NCBI GenBank assembly: GCA_002269645.1
Contig: NIVC01000201.1
Location: forward strand, 62,001 to 126,000
Origin: Macrostomum lignano
Lineage: Eukaryota
DNA length: 64,000 nt
Direction: 5' to 3'
Shown: piece by piece, positions 10,361 through 21,400 of the stretch
Numbering within the stretch: the stretch's first letter is position 1
Layout of the letters: each line of letters starts with the position of its first letter
Translations under genes and position numbers: made by a program
The notes under the pieces: model-generated
Seen by the model: the letters and a program-made list of their open reading frames with translations, nothing else
The model's database searches: none
What the model was told of the DNA's origin: nothing

Positions 10361-13300
10361 TCAATCAACACACTGCTTCTTGTGGACCTTCCAGTGCTTC
10401 AGCTGGCAGTCTCTATTGCAGTAGAAGGCCTTCTTGCACCTGCTGCAGCGCTGCGAAGCGTCCCGCTTTCCACACGAGCTGCATCGGTCTCCGTGGCTCG
10501 ACTCACTTGGCAACTGGGAGTTCGGCGGGCTGGAATTCTCCAGATCATACAGCAGAAACACCTTCTGCAGCATTTTTTTCGGCGGGAAATCGTTTACGTG
10601 TTGAAAACAAGGCAGCCGCACCTCGGGACTCTCAGCCTGGAGTCCCCTCCGGAAATACTCCCTGGCCATTGCCTTGTCTTTCAAGCCCAAATACTCGAAC
10701 GCTATGCAATAGCAAGCCTCAGGAATGTGACGATCGTCTTTTTCGTTGGCAGAGATGTACTCTTCATACGCTTCAATGACTCTTCTGCGATCGCTCAGAC
10801 GCTGATGATGTCTGATGGCCGTAGCTTTGTCGTAAAGCCAATGGGGCTCCCAGTGTAGCTCTAACGCTCGCTCAAAGGCCCTTAAAGCGCTGATCCCATC
10901 GCCGTTGAATCCGTACATGTTGCCTAGCAAGTTGTAATATTCTGCGACATTAGGGTTCATATTAGTACAAGCCAGCGCCATGCGAAGGATTTCAGAAACA
11001 TTTGAAAGTTGTCGACCACTGTGGTAATGAATCATGACGAAATAAGCTTCAGAATCCTTAGGATTCTTTTCAAAGGCTGCAGTGGCCGCATCGAAGAGTT
11101 TCTTCCAGGTAAAAATGTCAATGACAAGAGGCTGCCAGGTTCTATCAGCAAATCGGTAGAGTCGAAAAGCTTCTGGTCCGTTGTTGCTATCTAAAGCAGA
11201 GCGCATTTGGTCCAAAAGATCGAAGCCGATGAAGTACTTTTGCGCGGTTTTTGACCCTTGCGCAGCCTTTTTTGCCATCAACTGCTCCGAAGTCAGCATA
11301 GTTGACATGTGATTGGATGCCGCAGGACGCAGCGACACACCCATCGTCTGCTTAAAATACTGGAAAATGTCCCGAAACGCTTCCTTCGACTTGTGGCTTG
11401 ATGCAAAGGATTCGACATACCTTGCATATCTTTCATCTTGACTAAGACCATCTTTAGAGAGGCCACGAGCAGCTTCAAATAACAAAATCTGAGAAGAAGC
11501 TTTCAACAGTTCTTCCACTTCTTTTTGGCGGTCTTTCTTGGACCTGAGCAGCCATCTGCGTGCTTCAGTGGGGTTATTTTCACAACCTTGTCCAAGACTC
11601 AGCATGCACCCAAAAAGCCACTGTGCCTCAGCATCACCGCTCTCGGCAGCCTTTCGAAGAAAGAAAGCCGCATCTTCTTCTTTTCCTAGCTGCAAAAGCA
11701 GCTTGCCCAGAGCAGGAAAGGCCCTTTCATGGTTCAGGTCCGAAGCCTTCCTCAAATACATTTCGGCCAGTTCAAAGTCCTGTTCGAATCCACCTTCTCC
11801 CTGCAAGTAGTTCTTTCCGAGGAGAAACAGCGCCTCTTTGTCGTTAGCCGCTGCCTTCTCTTCCACGATTTTTCTTGCTGAGTTCATGCGCTTCGCTTTC
11901 ATGGCTCCGCGCCGCATTTGCTGCTGTAGCGCCTCCAGAGCGCCTGGTAGGCCTTGGTCCGCAGCTGATTTGAGCAGTTCAACCGCCTTCTCAGAGTCGG
12001 CTGGTCCTCCCTCGCCTTCGATGAGCATCCCAGCTAATTTCAGCTGCGCCTCCGACTGTCCGAGGTCCGCGGCTTTCTGGAGCCACCATCGGGCGGAGGT
12101 CGGACTCCGCTCGCAGCCAGTTCCGTTGTAGAAGGCCAGCCCGAGGTTGCTCATGGCAGATGCGTAGCCGTGACGAGCGGACTTAAGAAACCATTTGAAT
12201 GCGAGCTTGTCATCCTTGTCCACGGCCATGCCGTTTCTGTAGGCCACGCCGAGGGCGTTCTCCGCCTCCGCCACGCCAATGTTGAGAAACACGTCGTCCA
12301 TGGCCGATAAGTACGGCTTCTGCTCGGCGGCTTGGAGGCACAGCTGAAAATGCTTTGCTGGATCCCGAGCCAGTCCTGCATTGCCGTCTTTGTACATGAT
12401 GGCCATGTTGTACAGACCCTGCGCACTGCCTTGCTTTGAAACGGACTCAAAGATCTCAAATGCCTTCTGCTCTTCGGTGATGTCGCCTCTGCCGGACTGC
12501 AGAATCTGGTGGGCCTTATCCAGCTCGCTGATGCTCTGCAAAATGGTGCTGTCTATGGGGCTCACTTCGTCAGGTGAAATTCCCGATGTACTCTCCACTT
12601 GGCAATCTCGCAGCTTCTTGTAGAGATCGCTGCTTTGGGTTTGGCTGCTTCCTTCTGCACCTACATCCTGCTGGCTGTCCATAACAAGAGCTGTGCAGAG
12701 CTGCTCCCGTAGAAGAAGGGTCTCGTCTGTAGAGTCGATTCTGAGACCAGTCTGACACGCATCCAAGGCTGGTTCATGTAGCCGCAGCTTATAGAGAGCT
12801 TCAGAAAGAATTCTGTAGAACTTAATCTGGCTGGGGTCCAGTCCAATCGCATCTTCAGCATCTTCTCGAGCAAGATCGAACTTTCGCAAATTTATTTCGC
12901 ACAGAGCTCGGTTTGAGTACAGAACAGCATTATTTGCATTGCTCTGAATTGCCTTTGTGTAGCAGGTCATCGCCTCCAACCATCTTCCTTTCTTATAATG
13001 CTCATTGCCTTCTGATTTGAGCTTCTCCCAGTCTCCGATTGAAACTCCAGCAAAGTTGGCGATTTCTTGCTGGCACTCACTTAATCCCATCAAGGACACG
13101 AGCTTTAATAAGCACTCGAGATCGTGCTCAGATCGGTGTACATCAAAGTCTTGGCGAGAATGTCGGTCACGGATTGCCTTTGCGCGCTCCAGAAGATGCT
13201 GCAGCAGCTGCCGATTTTGAGGTTCCAAGCCTGGGAAAGCCTCATCGACCTTGCCGGACATCATCTTCAGCAAATCGTTGAAATCCAGTTGGTTCTTTAA

Positions 13301-13405
13301 GCCAAAATGTCTCTGGAGCACCGAATGCATACCATCGCCTAGAAGGCTGACTGCAAACTGGATTTTTGCAGCTGCTTTGGCATTTGCCACATTTGCTGAT
13401 GCCAT
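10361..13405 (-). CDS. 1014-aa single-coding-exon protein: HEPN-like N-terminus, TPR repeats, Sel1-like repeats, C-terminal TPRs, MYND zinc finger (copy 1)
   Basis: Uninterrupted ORF with TPR motifs (KSEGNEHYKKGRWLEAMTCYTKAI; LYSNRALC), Sel1 motifs (AENALGVAYRNGMAVDKDDKLAFKWFLKSA; AMSNLGLAFYNGTG) and MYND CSSCGKRDASQRCSRCKKAFYCNRDCQLKHWKVHKKQC. A splice acceptor TTCTAG lies 16 nt upstream of the ATG in copy 1 and 14 nt upstream in copy 2. Confidence 0.95.
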   Translation of the reverse strand: MASANVANAKAAAKIQFAVSLLGDGMHSVLQRHFGLKNQLDFNDLLKMMSGKVDEAFPGLEPQNRQLLQHLLERAKAIRDRHSRQDFDVHRSEHDLECLLKLVSLMGLSECQQEIANFAGVSIGDWEKLKSEGNEHYKKGRWLEAMTCYTKAIQSNANNAVLYSNRALCEINLRKFDLAREDAEDAIGLDPSQIKFYRILSEALYKLRLHEPALDACQTGLRIDSTDETLLLREQLCTALVMDSQQDVGAEGSSQTQSSDLYKKLRDCQVESTSGISPDEVSPIDSTILQSISELDKAHQILQSGRGDITEEQKAFEIFESVSKQGSAQGLYNMAIMYKDGNAGLARDPAKHFQLCLQAAEQKPYLSAMDDVFLNIGVAEAENALGVAYRNGMAVDKDDKLAFKWFLKSARHGYASAMSNLGLAFYNGTGCERSPTSARWWLQKAADLGQSEAQLKLAGMLIEGEGGPADSEKAVELLKSAADQGLPGALEALQQQMRRGAMKAKRMNSARKIVEEKAAANDKEALFLLGKNYLQGEGGFEQDFELAEMYLRKASDLNHERAFPALGKLLLQLGKEEDAAFFLRKAAESGDAEAQWLFGCMLSLGQGCENNPTEARRWLLRSKKDRQKEVEELLKASSQILLFEAARGLSKDGLSQDERYARYVESFASSHKSKEAFRDIFQYFKQTMGVSLRPAASNHMSTMLTSEQLMAKKAAQGSKTAQKYFIGFDLLDQMRSALDSNNGPEAFRLYRFADRTWQPLVIDIFTWKKLFDAATAAFEKNPKDSEAYFVMIHYHSGRQLSNVSEILRMALACTNMNPNVAEYYNLLGNMYGFNGDGISALRAFERALELHWEPHWLYDKATAIRHHQRLSDRRRVIEAYEEYISANEKDDRHIPEACYCIAFEYLGLKDKAMAREYFRRGLQAESPEVRLPCFQHVNDFPPKKMLQKVFLLYDLENSSPPNSQLPSESSHGDRCSSCGKRDASQRCSRCKKAFYCNRDCQLKHWKVHKKQCVD

Positions 13406-15230
13406 GTGAGAGGCACCTCAGCTAGAATGTGAAATTTGATAGGGACATGAAATTTTAATGTAATGATTGTTGTTCTAATATTTGTGCAACACAAACTTAA
13501 TTGTAAAATACTTGGATGAAGACTATACATAAATTTTCTTTTTTTTTGTTAAATGGGCCTTATGTGTGATACCCTATTGTTAGACAGAACACATTAAAAA
13601 TAAAGATATTTATCTCATTTATATTGATAAGTTACTTTATTTCTTTCACTCTTTATTTAGCAAGCTATATTATCTAAGCTAAATATTTCACTTTTAATCA
13701 ATTGGCATATAGTAGTTGATTAAAGGTAGCTACTGGCTACTATAAAAACATATAGGCAAAATGATGCTATGTTAAAGCTAGCACAAAATACTAGTACCTT
13801 TAAATCTAGAACTTTAATTACAAAAACATTTCTAAGACATTACTAGTATATGTTATATAAACATATAATATCATTTGACTTCTACTTCTATAAAAAACTA
13901 TTGTATTGTATGATTAGTAAGTTATATAATTAATTGCTTAAGTTATTCTTTAAAATGCTAAAAAATATTTTTTATAACACATAATAATTAATAAACTACT
14001 GTGATAGCCAGGCCTACATGCAGTGAGAAAGCAATACATTCACACTCAAACCCACTAATTATTAAGGCTATTATTAAATAGTACCTAAGGCTATAGATTT
14101 AGAATTAAGGCAAATAATGTTGGTAATAGTCAAAGCTATAACAATGACACTACAAATTATTTTAAATTATAAAGGCTTTTTCAAATTGTCTAATGTATAA
14201 ACATCAGGCAGTCAAGTCAAGTTATTTACTTGATAGGCCTACTACATGGGATACTACTAGTATGCATATATAAATATTGATATATATATGAAATACTAAT
14301 AATTTTAATTAGTTGTATGCCAAATATCAAATAAGTTTATTGTACTAAGCAAAATATTCAAGTTTCTACCCTGAATTGAATGCAGTGTTCAACTTGGTCA
14401 AGTGGCATTTGCATTGCATTATAAGGCCCATAGCATAGCTTTGGCTAATAAGATAATAAATAGGGTTATAGCATAAATTAAAGTTACATTGCCACTTGTT
14501 GACCCCTGGCTATGGGATGGAAAACTTTAAAATATTGCTGAGTGTATATGCCAAGCTAGCTAGCCAACAGAACAGACAAAAAGCAACGAATCAAAAGAGT
14601 ATATATATATGCATCGAATAATTTATGCTAAAAATGATAGATATAGGGGCCTATGTACGCAATGTATATGTAATGTATGTATTCTATTTCAATTTAAACA
14701 GCTAGGCGTAAGAGTAAGACAACGCTGTTTGATTTAGAGCAATGCAGTTTTGGATCGCAAATACGACGTATATCCCGTTGGAGCTGTTAAGGCTAAGGGT
14801 AAATTCAGTTAGACAAAACGAAAACGAAAAATTATAATGGAAAAATCGAAATGTTAGATTTATGAAGCATTGACCAAAGTATTCATCAAAAAAGTCACAA
14901 GTATTTCCTAAAGGCAAAGAAGAATTTTAATGCAATAGATATTAAAGAATCGTTTCCCTTGGTTGTGTCAAATTTAACCTAAAAAACTTTGTTAAAGTTT
15001 GCAAGCAGAAAGCAGCCAAAGTTTTAAAGAAGGTCAAATTGTAATGTAATTGCAACAAATATATTATTAGCGGAAGAGCCCTGGCTAGGGGCTGAAACGC
15101 TAGCAACATATCAAAGTAAAAATTAAAAAGTTGATAGAAAGCTACGAATAATTAAAATTAATTTTGTACGCATTTTTACGTGTAACGTATGTGATGTAAC
15201 TTTTCTATAAATTTTCTATGAATGTATGCA

Positions 15231-17522
15231 CAGCAAGGACGGGTGCACGACAATTGACTGCCACAATTTGACTGCCACAATTTGACTGCGGTCAATTTGA
15301 CTGCGGACAATTTGACTGCCGAGCAATTTGACTGCCGACAAAATGACTGCGGACAAAATGACTGCGGACAAAATGACTGCCGACAATTTGACTGCGGACA
15401 AAATGACTGCCGACAAAATGACTGCGGACAAAATGACTGCCGACAAAATGACTGCCGACAATTTGACTGCCGACAAAATGACTGCGGCAATTTGACTGCC
15501 GACAAAATGACAGCGGCAAAGCTTGCTAGGCGCATTCTCGTTATGCAAAAGAGGAGAGAGAGATGAGAGAAAATTTGAAAAAGAAGACAGGGGAAAGGAG
15601 AGATTGTAGAGATGAGAGAGATGAAAGGAGAGATGAGATGAGAGATGAAGGCGGAGAGAGCAGAGTGCAGAGAGACGAGAGAAGTGAATAAAGGGAGAGA
15701 GTATAGAAGAGGGAAAAGAAGAGGACTAAGGAAAGAGAGGAGTCAGAAGAGGGGAAAGAGTGAAGTGACAGGTACACAGGAGTGAAGAGTAAGATGAGAG
15801 GGGGATGAGAGAGCAAAGATGAGAGTCAGAGAGTGAACACGATATAGGAGAGGAGAGAGGAGAGCGCAGAGAGAGAAGAGAAAAGACAAGAGAGGGAGAG
15901 AGTATAGAAGAAAGAATAGAAGAAAAGAAAAGGGAAGAAAGGAGAAAGGAAAGAGAGGAGTACAGAGGAGAGAGGTGAGAGAACATTACCAGTATAAGAG
16001 AGTAAAGATGACAGATGAGAGAGGGGAGATGAGAGAGCAGAGACGAGAGAGAAGAGACGAGAGAGAAGTGAGAAAACAGAAGAGAAGATAGAAGGTTCAA
16101 AGGATGCAAGGAACATAGGGATCGAGAGGCAGAAGTAGAGGCCAGAGTTTTTCTGACATTCTGCGCTGCACCCCAGCCAACAATATCAATAGTTTGCCTC
16201 CAATGCTAATTTTACACGAATGTAATCTATGTTATGTTTAACTCTAATAATAAAAGTTTTTGCTTGAGTTTAACTTCAGATTTTAGAATATATGCAAAAT
16301 AGTTCCTAAGATTGGAACTCCCATTTCCCACTGTTCAAAATCCACGGGTTTCAACAGCTGTTACAGCTTGTTGTATAAAAGTTATGTGTTCTGTTCTGCA
16401 TCATTCTAGCTCGTAAATACAATATTTCACTACATGCATAGACTTAAAAGGGTTGACAGAGTGCTAAACTTTAGGAGCATCATTTTTCCGGCAGTCATTT
16501 CGCTGGCAGTCAAATTGCTCGGCAGTCAAATTGCCGCAGTCATTTTGCTGGCAGTCAAATTGCCGCAGTCATATTGTCGGCAGTCAAATTGCCGCAGTCA
16601 TATTGTCGGCAGTCAATTGCCGCAGTCATATTGTCGGCAGTCAAATTGCCGCAGTCATTTTGCTGGCAGTCAAATTGCCGCAGTCATATTGTCGGCAGTC
16701 AAATTGCCGCAGTCAAATTGTGGCAGTCAAATTGTGGCAGTCAAATTGCCGCAGTCAAATTGACCGCAGTCAAATTGTGGCAGTCAAATTGTGGCAGTCA
16801 ATTGTCGTAGACCCAGCAAGGACGACTCAAGTAGAAGGACGGGAAACCTCGTTTCTTAGAAAATTTTTGAAGGCACTTTTTCCCGAAAAAATACACTGCG
16901 GAGATAGGAAATTTTCATTTTTCAGCACAAAAATTGCTATAACTTTTGATAGGAGGCAGATCCAGTGTTCATCTTTTGATATGTTGTGCCTTTTTTATTG
17001 TTTTATCGATACTTATAAAGCTTTCCGTTCAGAAGATTAGGATTCTATGTTAATTTTTTTTTCTACGTATATTTTCATGTGTCTTGTGCTTGAAATTATA
17101 CATTAATTAGAATGCCACGGCTTGGCTCTTTGGTTTTATGAGTCTATTTTATCCTTCTTACCTGACTGTATAGCAAATAGTCGTAACATAGATGATAAAA
17201 TAGATTCCTAAAACCAAATATTAGAGCTGTGTCATGCATTTTTGTGATTTTTAGATACAGGAAATATACGTAGAATAAAAAATTAACATAGAAATCTAAT
17301 TTTCTGAACGAAAAGCTTTATAAATATCGATAAAACAATAAAAAAGGCACAACATATCAAAAGATGAACACTGGATCTGCCTCCTATCAAAAGTTATAGC
17401 AATTTTTGTGCTGAAAAAATGAAAACTTCCTATCTCCGTAGTGTATTTTTTCGGGAAAAGTGCCTTCAGAAATTTTCTAAGAAACGAGGTTTCCCGTCCT
17501 TCTACTTGAGTCGTCCTTGCTG
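15231..17522. mobile_element. MITE of about 710 bp with about 260-bp terminal inverted repeats, interrupted by a foldback element
   Basis: 16815-17075 is the reverse complement of about 17258-17522 (CAGCAAGGACGACTCAAGTAGAAGGACGGG...). The first 10 bp of the left TIR lie at 15231-15240. CA flanks both ends (possible 2-bp TSD). Confidence 0.85.
15241..16814. mobile_element. Non-autonomous Mutator/foldback-type transposon
   Basis: 9-bp TSD AGCAAGGAC (15232-15240 and 16815-16823). TIRs start GGGT(GC/CT)ACGACAATTGACTGCC and are built of 15-bp tandem units (15245-15515 and inverted 16487-16805). The interior is purine-rich low complexity plus AT-rich DNA, with no transposase. Confidence 0.9.
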
Positions 17523-17676
17523 CACAGGCGCGTAAGCCTGGCCAATTTAGTTAATTAATTTTAATTTCAACTAATTTTTTTAATTTTTCCGTCTGATGCT
17601 TGGAGGTATAGTGCCGTTTAAAGTTTCATGCATGACAGGGCACTGACATGCACCTGTTGTGTCACCTAGCTTGCAG

Positions 17677-18318
17677 ACAGCCGGCAGTGACTGCTGGACC
17701 ACCGTGCAGCACAGGGTGTACTGTTACCGCAACTGGACTCAGTATCAGAGCGAGTTCGGCGAGCTAGGACCCGACGAAAACTACTGGATCGGTGAGTTTG
17801 AGCTTGAAAAATCGTACACACATATACGTGCGTGACCCAAAGCTGGTTGCGCGGGACAGATCTCAGCTCTTATTCCATGACCTCCTCGATTCACAGGCCT
17901 GAACCCCTTCAGTCGCTCACTTCGCCGGGCAAACCGGAAGCTGAGAATCCTGATGAAGGCCTGGAACGAGTCGGAGAGCTGGGCTGAGTACTCCAGCTTC
18001 TCCGTGGGTGCTGAGTCGGACAACTACCGGCTGCAGGTGCTGGGCAGCGACGGCATCGGCGACAGCCTGTCCTACTCTTCCGGCAGCCAGTTCAGCACGA
18101 AGGACGCCGAACACGACGACTCTTCAAGCAGCTGCGCCAAGCGCTATGCCGGGGGCTGGTGGTTCAGAGGCTGCTACAGCACGCACCCGAACGGGGTGTA
18201 CAAGAACTTCACTGACGCCATCGGTGGCCCGTTTGGTCACGTCATCATATGGAAATATCGCTATGGATTCTACTACTCTCGCTGATGGAGTTCGAAATGC
18301 TCATTATCTGACAGGTGT
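17677..18318 (+). pseudogene. 5'-truncated fibrinogen C-terminal domain (FReD) gene fragment, copy 1
   Basis: Exons 17677-17791 ([25 protein letters not shown]) and 17897 onward ([50 protein letters not shown]). The GSVDF motif is deleted, there are compensating frameshifts, a +2 shift gives an early stop at 18285, and exon 1 is absent. Confidence 0.85.
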
Positions 18319-18456
18319 GAAACCAAAAATTACATCGAGCAGGAATGACTGTAGTGTAGTTGATGCGAAATCTTCTGCTTGCCAAAAAAATTAAAATAAT
18401 CGAAAATCAACGCGTTTGGTGTGCAGGATTCTCCTCTTCCTGTTATTTTTCGCTTA

Positions 18457-21400
18457 AACTGAAGATTTGGGATCGATGCTTTGCTCAAACTGAGGATCTG
18501 GGAGATGCTTTGCTCAAACTGAGGATCTGGGAGATGCTTTGCTCAAACTGAGGATCTGGGAGATGCTTTGCTCAAACTGAGGATCTGGGAGATGCTTTGC
18601 CCAAACTGAGGATCTAGGAGATGCTTTGCTCAAACTGAGGATCTGGGAGATGCTTTGCTCAAACTGAGGATCTGGGAGATGCTTTGCTCAAACTGAGGAT
18701 CTGGGAGATGCTTTGCTCAAACTGAGGATCTGGGAGATGCTTTGCTCAAACTGAGGATCTGGGAGATGCTTTGCTCAAACTGAGGATCTGGGAGATGCTT
18801 TGCTCAAACTGAGGATCTAAGAGATGCTTTGCTCAAACTGGGGATCTGGGAGATGCTTTGAACTCAAACTGAGGATCTAGGAGATGCTTTGAACTCAAAC
18901 TGGGGATCTGGGAGATGCTTTGCTCAAACTTGGATTTGGGAGATGCTTTGAACTCAAACTGGGGATCTGGGAGATGCTTTGCTCAAACTGAGGATCTGGG
19001 AGATGCTTTGCTCAAACTGGGGATCTAGGAGATGCTTTGCTCAAACTGAGGATCTAGGAGATGCTTTGAACTCAAACTGAGGATCTGGGAGATGCTTTGA
19101 ACTCAAACTGAGGATCTGGGAGATGCTTTGAACTCAAACTGGGGATCTGGGAGATGCTTTGCTCAAACTTGGATTTGGGAGATGCTTTGCTCAAACTGGG
19201 GATCTGGGAGATGCTTTGCTCAAACTGAGGATCTAGGAGATGCTTTGAACTCAAACTGGGGATCTGGGAGATGTTTTACTCTCAAACTGAGGATCTGGGA
19301 GATGCTTTGCTCAAACTGAGGATCTGGGAGATGCTTTGCTCAAACTGGGGATCTGGGAGATGCTTTGCTCAAACTGGGGATCTGAGAGATGCTTTGAACT
19401 CAAACTGAGGATCTGGGAGATGCTTTGCTCAAACTTGGATTTGGGAGATGCTTTGCTCAAACTGAGGATCTGGGAGATGCTTTGCTCAAACTGAGGATCT
19501 GGGAGATGCTTTGCTCAAACTGAGGATCTAGGAGATGCTTTGAACTCAAACTGAGGGTCTGGGAGATGCTTTGCTCAAACTGAGGATCTGGGAGATGCTT
19601 TGCTCAAACTGAGGATCTGGGAGATGCTTTGCTCAAACTGAGGATCTGGGAGATGCTTTGCTCAAACTGAGGATCTGGGAGATGCTTTGCTCAAACTGAG
19701 GATCTAGGAGATGCTTTGAACTCAAACTGGGGATCTGGGAGATGCTTTGCTCAAACTTGGATTTGGGAGATGCTTTGCTCAAACTGGGGATCTGGGAGAT
19801 GCTTTGCTCAAACTGAGGATCTGGGAGATGCTTTGCTCAAACTGAGGATCTAGGAGATGCTTTGAACTCAAACTGGGGATCTGGGAGATGCTTTGCTCAA
19901 ACTTGGATTTGGGAGATGCTTTGCTCAAACTGGGGATCTGGGAGATGCTTTGCTCAAACTGAGGATCTAGGAGATGCTTTGAACTCAAACTGAGGATCTG
20001 GGAGATGCTTTGCTCAAACTTGGATTTGGGAGATGCTTTGAACTCAAACTGGGGATCTGGGAGATGCTTTGCTCAAACTTGGATTTGGGAGATGCTTTGC
20101 TCAAACTGGGGATCTGGGAGATGCTTTGCTCAAACTGAGGATCTAGGAGATGCTTTGAACTCAAACTGGGGATCTGGGAGATGCTTTGCTCAAACTTGGA
20201 TTTGGGAGATGCTTTGCTCAAACTGGGGATCTGGGAGATGCTTTGCTCAAACTTGGATTTGGGAGATGCTTTGAACTCAAACTGGGGATCTGGGAGATGC
20301 TTTGCTCAAACTGAGGATCTGGGAGATGCTTTGCTCAAACTGAGGATCTAGGAGATGCTTTGCTCAAACTGAGGATCTAGGAGATGCTTTGAACTCAAAC
20401 TGAGGATCTGGGAGATGCTTTGCTCAAACTGAGGATCTGGGAGACGCTTTGAACTCAAACTGAGGATCTGGGAGATGCTTTGAACTCAAACTGGGGATCT
20501 GGGAGATGCTTTGCTCAAACTTGGATTTGGGAGATGCTTTGCTCAAACTGGGGATCTGGGAGATGCTTTGCTCAAACTGAGGATCTGGGAGATGCTTTGC
20601 TCAAACTGAGGATCTGGGAGATGCTTTGCTCAAACTGAGGATCTAGGAGATGCTTTGCTCAAACTGAGGATCTAGGAGATGCTTTGAACTCAAACTGAGG
20701 ATCTGGGAGATGCTTTGCTCAAACTGAGGATCTGGGAGATGCTTTGAACTCAAACTGAGGATCTGGGAGATGCTTTGAACTCAAACTGGGGATCTGGGAG
20801 ATGCTTTGCTCAAACTTGGATTTGGGAGATGCTTTGCTCAAACTGGGGATCTGGGAGATGCTTTGCTCAAACTGAGGATCTAGGAGATGCTTTGAACTCA
20901 AACTGAGGATCTGGGAGATGCTTTGAACTCAAACTGAGGATCTGGGAGATGCTTTGAACTCAAACTGGGGATCTGGGAGATGCTTTGCTCAAACTTGGAT
21001 TTGGGAGATGCTTTGCTCAAACTGGGGATCTGGGAGATGCTTTGCTCAAACTGAGGATCTAGGAGATGCTTTGAACTCAAACTGGGGATCTGGGAGATGT
21101 TTTACTCTCAAACTGAGGATCTGGGAGATGCTTTGCTCAAACTGAGGATCTGGGAGATGCTTTGCTCAAACTGGGGATCTGGGAGATGCTTTGCTCAAAC
21201 TGGGGATCTGAGAGATGCTTTGAACTCAAACTGAGGATCTGGGAGATGCTTTGCTCAAACTTGGATTTGGGAGATGCTTTGCTCAAACTGAGGATCTGGG
21301 AGATGCTTTGCTCAAACTGAGGATCTGGGAGATGCTTTGCTCAAACTGAGGATCTAGGAGATGCTTTGAACTCAAACTGAGGATCTGGGAGATGCTTTGC

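Larger units (their letters stand above)
5780..15050 (-). other. Segmental duplication block A, copy 1 (inverted relative to about 30095-35870)
   Basis: Reverse-complement matches in the CDS and flanks, e.g. 9020-9075 vs 35575-35630, 14700-14920 vs 30230-30450, and 5790-5886 vs 35762-35870. Boundaries are approximate. Confidence 0.92.
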
